The position numbers were made by a program, and so were the translations under genes. From Atractiella rhizophila (Eukaryota), in the NCBI GenBank assembly GCA_021432655.1, contig MU271428.1:29371-66837 (forward strand): 37,467 nucleotides of DNA, read 5' to 3'. Shown one piece after another: positions 1 to 11,915 of this stretch. Position 1 is the first letter of the stretch. Each line of letters starts with the position of its first letter. The notes beneath the pieces were generated by a model that saw nothing but the letters and a program-made list of their open reading frames with translations, searched no databases and was not told where the DNA came from.

Positions 1-2048
1 AGAGTGAAGATTGGGAGACAGACGAATGCGAAAACGGTGCCGAATGATAGGAATGGATATTTCGATTCGAAGGTCTTGAGTAGGATGCATGCCGAGGTTT
101 GGTGTGAGGATGGCAAGGTCTTTATTAAGGATGTCAAGTCCAGCAATGGAACTTTCATCAATGGTGATCGCCTTAGTCCGGAGAGCGTGGAGAGCGAACC
201 GTGGGAACTCCATACGGACGATGTTGTTGTAAGGCTACTTCTACTTCTTTCCTTGTTGTGAGAACTGATAAGATGTGGTGGTACGTAGGAATTCGGAATT
301 GACATTGTGTCTGAGGATAACAAGACCATCGTTCATCATAAGGTGTCGGCAAAGGTCTTCCTCGTCCTCAACGCCGAAGACGCAATAGCTTCTTCCAGGC
401 AAGCATTTTTCTCGTTTCACTTTTATTACAATAGGCTTATTTGATGTATGTGCGCAGAGATCTGAGCGCTTGGTTCAGGAGCGTGGGGGAGAGTCCGCTC
501 CATCGTCGAGGCAAGCCTGGAGGAGCTGGAGTTCTGGGCTTCGATCACGTCCTGAGTCGTCTCCAAGTGCGTGAACCGCTTTCATCCTTTGCCTTCTAAG
601 ATTCATGTTGGTGCTATGTGGGATAGAATGAGATTCAGAAGTCGAAGGAGACGAATTCCGAGTTGAACGGGATCACGAGCACCATGGGTTCCATCCATGA
701 GACCATGAACGGTGGCGTCTCTAACCCTCCTCCCATTTCAGCAAACCAAATCCCTCCCTTCCCTCCACGTGTCCCTCCCATGCTTCCGGGCACAAAGGAT
801 TATGGATCCACCATCACTTCTCTCCAGAACCAGTTGTCGGACACTCAAGCTTCTCTTGCCTCGCATACCGAGCGGATGAGAAACCTTGAATCTCTGTTGG
901 CTGAACATGAGAGTTTGAAAAGGGAAGTGTCGGAGATGAGAGGTGTGATGGAAGAGAGTAAGAGGGAGGTGGAGGAGGTGATGAGAGAGAGGGAGAGGGA
1001 GAAGATGAGGGAACAGGAGGAGAGGGAAAAGGCGGAGGATGCCAGTGGGGGGAGAGTGAGTCCGGTACCGATGATGCTTGAACAGGAGGATGAGGATGAA
1101 GAGCATGGATCGGCAAAGAATATGGATACAGTTCGCGGATTGAAGGTGGCGGGAATTGGCATTGGACGTGGAAAAGGAGTCATGAAGGAAGGACTAAAGG
1201 AAGCCCCGCCGGTCCATGCTATGCCGAATGGCATCCTTGTTGACCCCAATACGGAGAAGATTGACGCTCTTGCTGAACAGCTTCAGGCTCAAAATGCGGC
1301 GCTGACGGAAAGGATCGAGAAACTCTCGCTCCAATTGCAAGAAGCCGCGAAGCTCTCCGACGCTCTTAAAGCTCAACACGACCATGCTTCTACTACCATT
1401 CGGTTGCTCGAAGAGAAGATCTCGGGACTGGAGAACGAGGGTCAGAAATGGCAGGGATGGAGAAGTAAGTTCGAGGCCGAGTGGCAGCAGGATAGGAAGG
1501 CGTGGGAGGAGGAGAGAGAAAAACTCAAGCAGTTTGTTAGTGATTGGGAAGTGAAACAGGCTGCGATTGAGAAGCAGCGGCTGTTGGATGAGCAGTCGGA
1601 TGACGAGAGCGATTCGGACGAAGGCACCCCTCGAAATGGAGAGAATGAGGCTGATGGAGGGGAAGAGGGAAAGAGCTCGAGACCAAAACGAAGACGCAGA
1701 CGGCGGTCTTCTCCCTCTCGTCGCTCTCTTTCGAAACGGACGACATTGACCGAGGACGCGACCGACAACCTTCCACGGAAGATTGGAGCTTTTACTAGCG
1801 ATTCGGATTCGACAGCTGTCGGTTCTGGTTCAGCACATCGTCATACAGACGCAGGGAGCGATGTGTCGTCGTTCAGCCCTTCGAAAGGGAACGGCAAGGC
1901 GCTGGAGCCGTCCTCCAAAGGTGACTTCCGAGGTGGCGGAAATCAAGCGCTTTGGAGTCAACCGGAAACGATGCAATATCTTGGAGCAGCAGGAGTGGTC
2001 GCTGTTGCAGTGGGAATTTACACAGTTTTCAGCAAGGTCAAGGATTGA
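1..2048 (+). CDS. FHA-domain, coiled-coil, tail-anchored protein (Far9/Vps64/Far10/SLMAP-type STRIPAK subunit), copy 1, 5'-truncated by the window edge
   Basis: FHA motifs IGRQT...NGYFDSKVLSRMHAEV...DVKSSNGTFING, then EFGIDIVSEDNKTIVHHKV. Exons <1-228, 289-398, 458-566 and 627-2048 splice in frame; intron 399-457 has a GC donor. Long coiled coil and a C-terminal TM helix (YLGAAGVVAVAVGIYTVF-SKVKD). Confidence 0.88.
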
Positions 2049-2745
2049 TTTCTACCCGCCTTCTTGTCTCCAGTTGGTTGATTTCGGTCTGTGCCATTCT
2101 GTTTCGTTCTTTCGTTGTTTAAAGCTTTTCTATTTCATTTTCTCTGCTCCATATGTTTTACTGGTCCTTTTCCGTTTCGTTTTCTCTTTTTTTATATCGT
2201 TCAAGCAGATCTGACGTTTGTTTCTATCGCCTCTCCATCATCTCGACGAAAAAAACAATCGGCAACTGTACTTTTCGACTACCCTCGTTCCTCCGATTAC
2301 TTGCGTACCTCCTCAACGAAAATACGACTCCACTTCTACCTCCATTTCCTCACATCAACTCGATGCCATTTTTTCTACTCGTACTTCGTCTGCTCTACTA
2401 CTTTACTCTAAAAATGCAGTGTGCACCTCATTTCGACTGTGCTGCGCCAGCTTGACGGCTTCGCATATCTTAATAACGATCTACACTGGAACGATCTCAT
2501 CTTATCTTGCCTTCGCTCTCGAACACTGTCGCAAATATTTTCAGCAACATATATTTGATCGCCTTGATCGCAATCTCATTTGGGGACTCGAAGTCGACTC
2601 AAGATCATTAACATTGGTCTAGAAACGGGATCAGCTGCAACAGGGACACTGAGCATGAGAAGTCGTACTTGCAACAATGTGAATGTTGGTTATTCGTGGT
2701 TAATCAATATTTGATCATTTCCTATCAGTATCAGTACAATCATGA

Positions 2746-2828
2746 NNNNNNNNNNNNNNNNNNNNNNNNNNNNNNNNNNNNNNNNNNNNNNNNNNNNNNN
2801 NNNNNNNNNNNNNNNNNNNNNNNNNNNN
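2746..2828. other. Assembly gap (83 N)
   Basis: Run of N bases. Confidence 1.
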
Positions 2829-4458
2829 TGAGCCAAAGTGAGCTTACAAATAAATATGCACTGCATGCATCAATTGTAACGCTGCACGTACGCGAAATAA
2901 TGCGCATAGTCACACGCGTCACGGGGATTTCGACGACCGAAAGCAACCAGCCTCACTTCTCCACTTCTTGTTTTTATGAACTCATCATGGATTTTCTCGG
3001 CCCAACCCACTCTTACTCCCGCCAGTACCCATGCCAGCACCAGTGAGGCGTTCACAGACCCAGCAAGCTCGACCTCTCATTCAGACCAAGTCGTCGATGT
3101 TATGAGCTCGGAAGGAGATATTACTGCTATGGTAGCCGAGAGTAGTGATACGGAGAGTGCTTGGAGCAACGGAAACGCGATACAGACCCAGGGGAGGGTA
3201 GAGGCAGTTGAAGGTGTTGATGCTCAAGTTGAGGCACAAGGAAGGGTGGGTTCTCAGTTTTTTTTTCATGGTGGGGGAGAGAAGTGCTTTTTTGTTTCGA
3301 TATTTTTTGGCACTGGTGATGAGAGCAGTTGCATCGTTTGACACTGTGGTGTACTACTGTAAATAGACACCTCGCTTCCCTTTATTCCGTGGAAGTCGGT
3401 CACCAACTCCGCCCAGAAGGAGGAAATGAATAAAATCGTTTTTCTCCACTGAAAGCGGCTTTTGCACACGATACTCGTTAGTGGAGAAGGTGTTTAGGTT
3501 ACATCAGCCTTAGTTCTGCGCGTTAGGGAAAGACATCCTGTTTCCTTACCCTCCCCAGCATGACAGCATGACACGTGAGGTCAGCTTGTAATCTTCCCAT
3601 CGGCGGTACAAATCTGCACAGGTTGGATCCACCATCCAAGGACGCTGTTCAGCGTTCCCAGTTGTCTGGGAAAAATGGAGCCCGACTTGTTCTACAACCT
3701 TTGATATTTTTATGTCTTCTTTTTCTGACACAATGCACCACTTTCACCCTCTCGATTGAACCGTGGGGTTGAATTATCATCCATTGTCAGAGGAGTCGGC
3801 CACCGGTTGTACGTAGGCTACAACTGAATGCCAAGGAGACAAACACGATTAAAACATGGCTGCTCCTTCTGAAGGCAACGTGTCCTATCTCCAAGAAATG
3901 ACAAAGGATTATGATATATTGTAATATCACTGATCAGAGCCGGTTCTATGTTCAAGAACAAGGCAGCCGAACGACGATCAGGTAGGGAGAAGAGTCCCAG
4001 GGTCCCCACTGTGACCTGCATCGAATAACTCTAGTCGCTCAGACTAGGTAGAAGCTCCAGAGAAGAGTACAGGCATTGCACGCAACTTCTGTTTGCGAGG
4101 AGTGTCGCAATGGCAGCTTGACTCAGATAACGGAGGAACTCTACCGACATATCGCATCCTTATGCTTGCAAAATGCTGGACCATTCCTGAGATAAACAAT
4201 GGACTACTTATGGCATGATTCATGTCTTTTTGCTGGACTGAACTTCAGACAGACACCAACGTTTCTTTCTGCTCGTAATCTGATCATGTAACTCGGATGT
4301 TGATTACGACGTGAGCAGCCTACCAAACCAATCCCAGGACGAGTAGTCCACCTCGAACTAGTTCCGCACCCTTTCCCTCGACCTCTACCGTTACATTTCC
4401 CCCCGCCTCTTCATCGTCGACGCAACCCAACCCGACAACGGCAAACACCCATTCATCT

Positions 4459-6715
4459 ATGTATCAGCACCAGCCTCCATCCTCTCTGCAGTCCCATCAT
4501 CCATCTACGACCACGAACTCTAACTCGCGTTCGATTTACCCTTCCCTCCATCTTACGCCGATCAACGACAGCTTCGTCCCCAAGCAAATCTCCCTCAGCC
4601 CCCCTGGCACTAGGGTGAGAATAGGAAGGCAAACGAATGCAAAGACGGCGCCGAATGATAGGAATGGATATTTTGAGTCGAAGGTGTTAAGTCGGATGCA
4701 TGCGGAGGTGTGGTACGAGGGAGGGAAAGTATTTATCAAGGATGTCAAGTCTGCTAATGGGACTTTCATAAATGGAACTCGGCTCAGTACTGAAGGCGTG
4801 GAGAGTCAGCCTTGGGAATTACATACTGATGACATGGTGGTAAGCAGCCTTCTGCGTCTTGGAGTACGGTACTGAGGACTTCACCGCATAGGAATTCGGA
4901 ATTGATATCATGTCGGAGGACAACAAGATGATCGTTCACCACAAGGTGTCGGCCAAGGTCTTCCTCGTCCTCAACGCCGAAGATGCAGTTGCTTCTTCGA
5001 GGTACGCCAACCATCTTTGCAAAAGCGTTGACCCAAGCTGACGGGACATATTGCTGTAGGGATTTGAACGCTTGGTTTTTAAGTGTGGGAGAGAGTCCAC
5101 TTCATCGTCGTGGCAAGGCTGGAGGGAGTGTAGGGCTAAACTTTGATCAGCTCTTCAGCCATCTCCAGGTGCGATTTTCTGTTGCACACGGTCTATCTTT
5201 GAACAAGTTTTGATCGTGTTGGTGCACACACAGAATGAGATCCAGAAGTCAAAAGAGACGACTAACGAGCTGAACGTTGTCACGAACATAATGGGATCTA
5301 TTCACGAGACTATAAATGGTGGTCAATCAGTCCCACCTCCCATTTCACCGAAGCAGATACCTCCCTTTTCTCCCCGTGCTCCACCCATGCTTCCCGCTGC
5401 CAAGGATTACGGATCCACCATCACGGCCCTGCAGAACCAATTGTCAGAGACGCAAGCTTCTCTCACCTCGCATACAGAGCGGATGGGAAATCTTGAATCT
5501 CTGCTGGCTGAACATGAGAGTCTGAAACGGGAGATGTCAGAAATGAAAGGAGTGATGGAAGATAGCAAGAGGGGGATGGAAGAAGCGATGAAAGAGAGGG
5601 AGAGAGAACGCGAGAGGGAAAAGAACGGAAATGCGACCGGGAGGGTGAGCCCAGTCCCGATGATGCTCGAAGAGAAGGATGAGGATGAAGAGGAGTGGCC
5701 GGTGATGAATATGGATACCGTCCGCGGTTTGAACGTGGCAGGAATCGGACTTAGTCGTAAGAAAGCGGTTATGAATGAAGGAGTGGCGGAGGCAGCTACG
5801 ATGACCAATGGGATCCTCTTTGATGCCAACACTACTAGGATCGACAATCTCACTCAACAGCTCCAGGATCAGAATACGGCACTGACGGAAAGGATTGAAA
5901 AACTTTCGGCACAGCTTGAAGAGGCTGCAAACCTTTCGAATGCCCTTATGGCTCGACATGATCAAGCATCGAAAAAGATTAGATTGCTTGAGGACAAGGT
6001 TCTAGGGCTCGAAAGCGACAAGGAGAGGTGGGAGGAATGGAGAAGCACTTTCGAGAATGGATGGCAACAGGACAGAAAGGCTTCGGAAGAAGAGAATGAT
6101 AAAATGAAGAAATTCGTTGACGCTTGGTCAATGAAGCAGGCGATGATGGAAAGGCTCGTGGCATTTGCTGATGATTGGGAGGCGAAGCAAGATACCCTGG
6201 CGAAGCTTCAGAACTTTGTTCATGATTGGGAGGCAAAACAGGCGTCAGTTGAGAAGGAAATGCTCCCTGATGAGAGTGAGGAGGAAGAAACTGATTCAGA
6301 CGACGGCGCTCCTCCAAATCAAGAGAACGATGAGAACGAAGAGGAAGGAAGGAAGAATTTGCGACAGAAACGAAAACGACGACGACGGTCGTCTCTAAGT
6401 CGCCGTTCTCAGTCAAAATGGGCGGCGCTGAAGGAGCAGGCTTTGAGCGACAATCTTCCACAAAAGGTTGTAGCTTTCACCAGCGACTCGGACTCAACGG
6501 CGGTCGGTTCTGCATCAGCTCATCTCTATGATGAAGGAAGCGAGATGTCTTTCAGCTTAACAAGGGAACACTCGAAGTCGTTAGAGGCATCACCCAACAG
6601 CGACCTCCGAAACGGACGGAAGCTTTGGAGTCAGCCGGAGACAATGCGGTATCTAGGAGCAGCAAGCGTGATCGCTGTTGCAATTGGGATTTATTCAGTT
6701 TTTAACAATAACTAA
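4459..6715 (+). CDS. FHA-domain, coiled-coil, tail-anchored protein (Far9/Vps64/Far10/SLMAP-type), copy 2
   Basis: Same architecture and the same three intron positions as copy 1 (introns 4840-4891, 5002-5059, 5169-5233). N-terminal YPSLHLTPINDSFVPKQISL leads into the FHA domain; C-terminal TM YLGAASVIAVAIGIYSVF-NNN. The frame is open from 4315, so the true start may lie upstream. Confidence 0.88.
6101..6253 (+). repeat. Three degenerate in-frame 51-bp (17-aa) tandem repeats within copy 2
   Basis: KMKKFVDAWSMKQAMME / RLVAFADDWEAKQDTLA / KLQNFVHDWEAKQASVE. Copy 1 has a single unit, KLKQFVSDWEVKQAAIE. Confidence 0.85.
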
Positions 6716-7102
6716 TGACCATTTTGAGTCCAATTATTTTAGTTTGTTGATTTGCGAACATTCCATTCCGCTGTTCCATCAAAAATTGTGGAGGCTTTCT
6801 TGTCACGCTTTGTTTTATGTTACTGTTCCACTGTCCATTTCGTCTTGTTATCTGCTCCCCTTAATCCACAAAAATGAGAGTCCTCCCTCTTCGCGCTGCA
6901 GACGTTGTCTGCTACGACTTGGTCAATTTCAATACCATGTAGCTTGGACAATCTAATCTAATGCCTGGTTCGTACCGGTCTCACATTCATTGAGTCAACA
7001 CATGGCGTCAGTTGCTTCCGATACATTATAGCATTCTGCGTTGATTCACACTATGAAGAGAAATGGTAAAGAAACAGAATTGATAATTGGCCACAATATA
7101 AT

Positions 7103-8220
7103 TTAAGTTCGGGGTCCTGGAGGTCCCGCTACCCCTCCATGATCCACATACAAGTCTGAGGCGACAGGTCTGGATTCCTTTCGAATAGGGTTGTCGCACA
7201 TTGAGAGACGACAGGACGTACCCCAGCTCCGCTTTGAGTATGCGATCCATGCACTCCTCCTTCGCAGCCAACAACCCATGGACCTTCCTATTCAGCTGCT
7301 CTAACTCCACCTTCAGGCTTTCATTATGTTCGAGCGCATATCGATGTTTTGCCTTGGCGATGACGTAGCGGATGAAGTAAGGGCTCTTGTCCGGGTGCAT
7401 GCTCATCGCCTGCATTTCCTCTTGAGAGGGACGTTCGTCCTCTGATTCCACATTCGCAGATTCATCCTCTGCAGGAAGCATGTCCAAGTCCCCATCTTCT
7501 AACTCATCCTCGTCTTTCACAGCTCCTCGACCCTTTCGTGGTGTATTGCGGCTTTTATTCGGCGTAGCGTTGGACACGACCAACGGACCTTCGTTGTGGT
7601 GAATTTTCATGTGCTTTTGGAGCGCGTCGGTTCGAGTAAATGATTTGTCACACTCTGCAAAGCACAGTAACTTCTTATGCGCCCAGTGAATGCAGTATGA
7701 GCAATAGACTGCATACCTGGTCGTGGGCAATTGTAGGGCTTTTCACCCGTGTGGCTACGAAGATGAGAAACCAAAGCGAATCGTGAGCTTTGTGGCTTCC
7801 CACGCCGCGCGCAACTGTTCCAAAGGCACTGGTATTTGAGTTTTTGGGAAGAGTCAATGACCTCAGGGATGCAATGAACTGCCGAAGGTTACAACAATCA
7901 CTCAAACGCCTCCTTTACCCTGAGAAAAAGGAAATAGCATACGCTCATGCACATGAGTTATTAGCGACTCAATTTCGTAAAACTGCTCTTGACAATCCCC
8001 CCATTGGCACGGAACCATAGTTATCTCGTCATCTATTTCCAGCATATCATCATCTGCGTCGTCAGAGACGTAGTCGAACTCGTCGGGTTCTGCGGGAAGT
8101 TGAGAAGTACTCTGGGAAGCTGCCATTTCGCGGCATTAGCTAAAGGGACAATTGAGTAGCTAGTGAGAAGAACAAACGTTCGTCGGCTGCTGTCGCCTTG
8201 GGTTCTTTTCGTCGAGGCAT
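7103..8220 (-). CDS. iec1: C2H2 zinc-finger protein, INO80 complex subunit Iec1-like
   Basis: Five exons reconstruct MPRRKEPK...CQWGDCQEQFYEIESLITHVH...CLWNSCARRGKPQSSRFALVSHLRSHTGEKPYNCPRPECDKSFTRTDALQKHMKIHH...coiled coil. The SRFALVxHLRSHTGEKP...ECDxSFTRxDAL signature matches S. pombe Iec1 as I recall it. Confidence 0.8.
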
Positions 8221-8385
8221 GTTAGGTGAAGTGGTCGTTGTCGATGTCCAGAACAATGCAGAGGAAGTCGAGATTAGATTAGAGTTACAAACACAACTGT
8301 TTATCATTAATTTTTCTTATTTCACCGCAGCATTCCTGAAGTCCGACCGCTTGTGAGAATACCTGCAAAATTGCTGCATCGTGAA

Positions 8386-10313
8386 ATGGTGTCTTTGAGA
8401 CAATTTTCTGTCTACTTTGGTTGTACGTTGCACTTTTTGTTCGGGACTGAAATAGCTGAAAGTCATATTTAGCATTGTACTTTGCTGCATTATCTATCCT
8501 GCTGACACCACAGGCTCAAACAGCGTTGGTTTTAATTCAAACCCTTCGTAAATGCTGACTCGTACTCGACAGACTGTTGTATCTGAGCTGGATTCGGTTG
8601 CCTCTCTTTGTGACTTCTCCCTCCCCCGTTTTCACCGACCCTGATGAAGTCTCTCCGTCTGCAGGCAAACTATGCACATCCCGAACTATACGGAGCTTCC
8701 CGTACGCTTCCTCGTGCTTCCACCACTAATAACGTACCAATGAGGCGTCTCAGCGGGACAGGTTCGAAACTTCAAGCTGACGACACCCGACGGTGTCGAG
8801 CTCGGTGTGTTGTCTTCTTTCAATTGGAAACTTTGCTCATCAGTGTAAACGCAGGCGTGCATCACTCTCTCCCGGATTCGCTCTATTACGCTTACATTGC
8901 TCAGCATGGTCAACCAAGCACAGCGCAACCAATTCCTGACGTGTATTTCGATGAAGCGCTTAGGTTTGTCTTTCTTTCTCCTTGCGTCTTCCTGCTCCTG
9001 ATATTCAAGTTGGTTGGCAATAAAACAGGTCGTCAGAGCACCCTACACTCCTCTTCCTGCATGGGAATGGGGTTACAAGGCTCTTTCATCACCGTGTAGC
9101 CTTCATGCGAGCGATGTCGGCTGTGCGAGCTCCTTTTAGCAAGAAAGGTGAGCGGGAAGTAGGAGTTCAAGGTCTGAATTACGTGACGCTTGATTATCGG
9201 TTTGTGCCCCATTTATCATCACTGAAGCTAGAGACTTGAACAAATGTTATACTGAACAGAACGTATGGAGATTCTAGTAGGCATATAAGACCATCGGAGA
9301 AAGGATTATTGGTGGACGCGCGGACCGTTTGGAATTGGATTCTCGAGAAAGGTTGAGTTAAGCTCTCCACGTTCGCGAAGCTGATCCAATGAGATGTAGG
9401 AGTCGAACCAAAGGCTGTTAACATCGCTGGACAAAGTCTTGGATGCTCCGTGTCAGCCGGTTTAGCGAGCGAACTTTCATCTGAGGGTGTGTCTTTCACC
9501 TCGATGAGTCGAAAATGGATCCAACATGTGCATTAGGTATCGAACCCAACTCTGTGATTCTTGTGGCGGGCTTTCAATCCCTCAAGAAGCTCTTATCGAC
9601 ATACAAACTTTTCAAGATCTTCCCGATCATGCAACCTATCTTCAATGTAAATAGGAATCTCGGCAGTGAGTCTTTCATCTCCTTGAGGTCTCACCTTACG
9701 AGGAAGTGTTGAAATTCTTGCTCAGATAAATTATTGGAGAAGTTTTTGGTTGATAAATGGGACACGGACAAATATTTAAAGGTGAGTTTTTTTTCTGCTC
9801 TTTTTGCACACTTCCAGTGCCAAGTTTTCTTTGACTAGAATGTGAAGTCAAAAATCCTCCTCGTCCATTCCAAGGTAAACGTCCCTCCCAGCACCACATT
9901 ATATTCACTGACTTTGCATAAAGGATGACACTGAGATTCCTGATCTGCACTCCAACAACATATTTCAATCCCTCCTTTTGCCTCTCTTACCTCGAGTATC
10001 CGTCGAATCTTCTCAGAATCCACTGAAGGAGATGTTAAACCTTGGGCGGGAAGCACTAGAAGAGATTGCGGAAGAATACAAAGTGGTTGAGCAGGAAAAG
10101 GAGCGGATTGTGAGTCGGTCAGGAGGGGAGTATTGGAGTGTCAAACGGTTTCAACGGCCGGAGGGGTATGGTCCTTTAGCTGGGAGCGAAGACGGGATGG
10201 GAGGTGGATGGGGTGATGTTTCCTTCCTCGAAATTGAAAAGGGCGGACATAATGGAGTTATCACTTCTGCCTTGACGGTGGAATGGATACGAAGGGTGGT
10301 AGCGGAACGGTAA
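8386..10313 (+). CDS. Alpha/beta hydrolase, ABHD12/ABHD13(Bem46)-like membrane-anchored lipase (~12 exons)
   Basis: The spliced product has an N-terminal hydrophobic helix (MVSLRQFSVYFGSLYFAALSILLTPQAQ), then PELYG..PGQVRNFKLTTPDG, LFLHGNG, LDYRTYGDS, PSEKGLLVDAR, the nucleophile GQSLG, the acid HSKDDTEIP and the His GGHNG. Confidence 0.85.
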
Positions 10314-10388
10314 CCCCTCTGGTAATGTTACATGCTTTTACAAATAACATCCGTCTGAGACATCTACACTATTTCTTTGCTTCGCTTA

Positions 10389-11547
10389 TCATTTGGACTG
10401 TGGCGGATCATTCTTTGACGCCCCCCAACTGAGGTGTCGGTAGAAATAGCCTTGAACCGTCGAGTCAATCTCCTTCATCTGTTCGTCATCGAGTTCAAAT
10501 TCGTCAACTTCCAGGGTCTCCTTCATCCTGAACTCCTTCGAAGAGGTAGTAACAAATGCGACGCCTTTCTGTAAACACCAACGAAGGACAACCTGTGTGG
10601 GATTTATTGGCTTGGAAAGCTTTGAGGAGAGGGAAGTCGAGAGACGCTCCAGAACAGGAGTGAGGGGTCCGTCTAAAAGTATGGTAAGAATGTGCCAAAT
10701 GGAGGAAAAGTACGAACCGGTCTTTTTCGCAGTGGGTACGGAGGCTCCGTAAGCTTGTAGAAGGATTTCGTTGTCGTTACAGAATTTGATCAGCTTGCTC
10801 AGACCACTGTATACGTAGGGATGAAACTCTATCTATCCATGACACCACCACAAAACACATCCGTGTCATTTGTTGCAACCTGATAGATTTAATGAACTAT
10901 CGCACCTGATGAAGTGCCGGTTTGATCCTACAGTCATCCAAGATTTCCTTCAAATCTTCTGGCTGAAAATTGCTGACTCCAATGGCTTTAGCCAACCCAG
11001 CTTCTTTAATGCTCTCCATCTTCTCCCACACCTCTTTAAGCGATGGCCGGCCTTCTTGTTTGGAAAAGTGTGGGGAGTGTATGAGGTAAAGATCAACGTA
11101 TTCGAGCTGCAATTCCGAAAGCTGCTTCTTGATCGTCTCTTCCACACTTTCGAACGTCTTCGACACTTTCGTGGTCACGAATAGTTCGTTTCGTGGGATC
11201 TTCGAAGCTTTTATGGCAAGGCCAACTTCGCCATCATTTCGATAAGCCTTTTTATATACGCGTCAGTAATAATTTGACCTAGTAGACGGAGAAGCGAACC
11301 TCTGCGCTATCGATGAGTCGAAAGCCTGTTTTCAGAGCGGTTTCGATTGCTGCGATGAGATCTTGATTTATGGGCAGTTCTGGTTCTGTCAAGCCAACAC
11401 GATTCCAAGCAGTCCCTTGTTTCCAACAGATGGTGTAAGTGGGTCGAACTTGAGAAATACGATAAATCACACACCTGCACCGAATCCTATTCCAGGAATC
11501 TCGATTGTTCCTGAGCCGTGCTTGACCACAAATGTCGTCGGAGCCAT
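10389..11547 (-). CDS. Aldo-keto reductase (NADPH-dependent)
   Basis: IPGIGFGAGTAW; catalytic tetrad D (IDSAE), Y (AYRN), K (LFVTTK), H (VDLYLIHSP); AKAIGVSNF; QVVLRWCLQKG..VTTSSK. Spliced. Confidence 0.92.
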
Positions 11548-11915
11548 TGAAATGTGAAAGATGCACAAATGTAGTCTTTATCCACTTTGTTAAAAGCTCA
11601 ATCGGCTTTACAATCGTCGATAAATCTGAGGAATTGACGCCTTTGGCAATCAAATCAAATCACACTGATTCACGCACCAAATCAAATCGCTTGATCAGCT
11701 GGAAATCTCTGAGGAATCTGAAAGAATTTAAGAGAAGCGAATATATTGCACCTCACTCAGCTACCTCAAAAATGTATATCATCTCCGATGCTGGGGTCAG
11801 AAGCTTTCTACAGGGCTTGGAAGGGAAGGAAGGAGACGCGTCTACAAGTCACCTGAGCGTATGTTTGGCGTTCGTGTCTAGTGAACTTTAAAACTTGTCG
11901 AGTCTCGTGGAGTTG

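Noticed and set aside
738..1776. Long antisense and alternate-frame ORFs over the FHA genes (similarly 18357-19124, 33250-33756, 20502-21101)
   Set aside because: Shadow ORFs from low-complexity, stop-poor coding sequence on the opposite strand; no independent protein features.
2050..2745. Overlapping Phe/Leu-rich ORFs downstream of FHA copy 1
   Set aside because: Pyrimidine-rich 3' UTR or intergenic sequence producing spurious hydrophobic ORFs.
1..6715. FHA gene pair as an uncollapsed haplotype artefact
   Set aside because: Divergence (unalignable introns, multiple indels, repeat-number difference) is far above allelic level.
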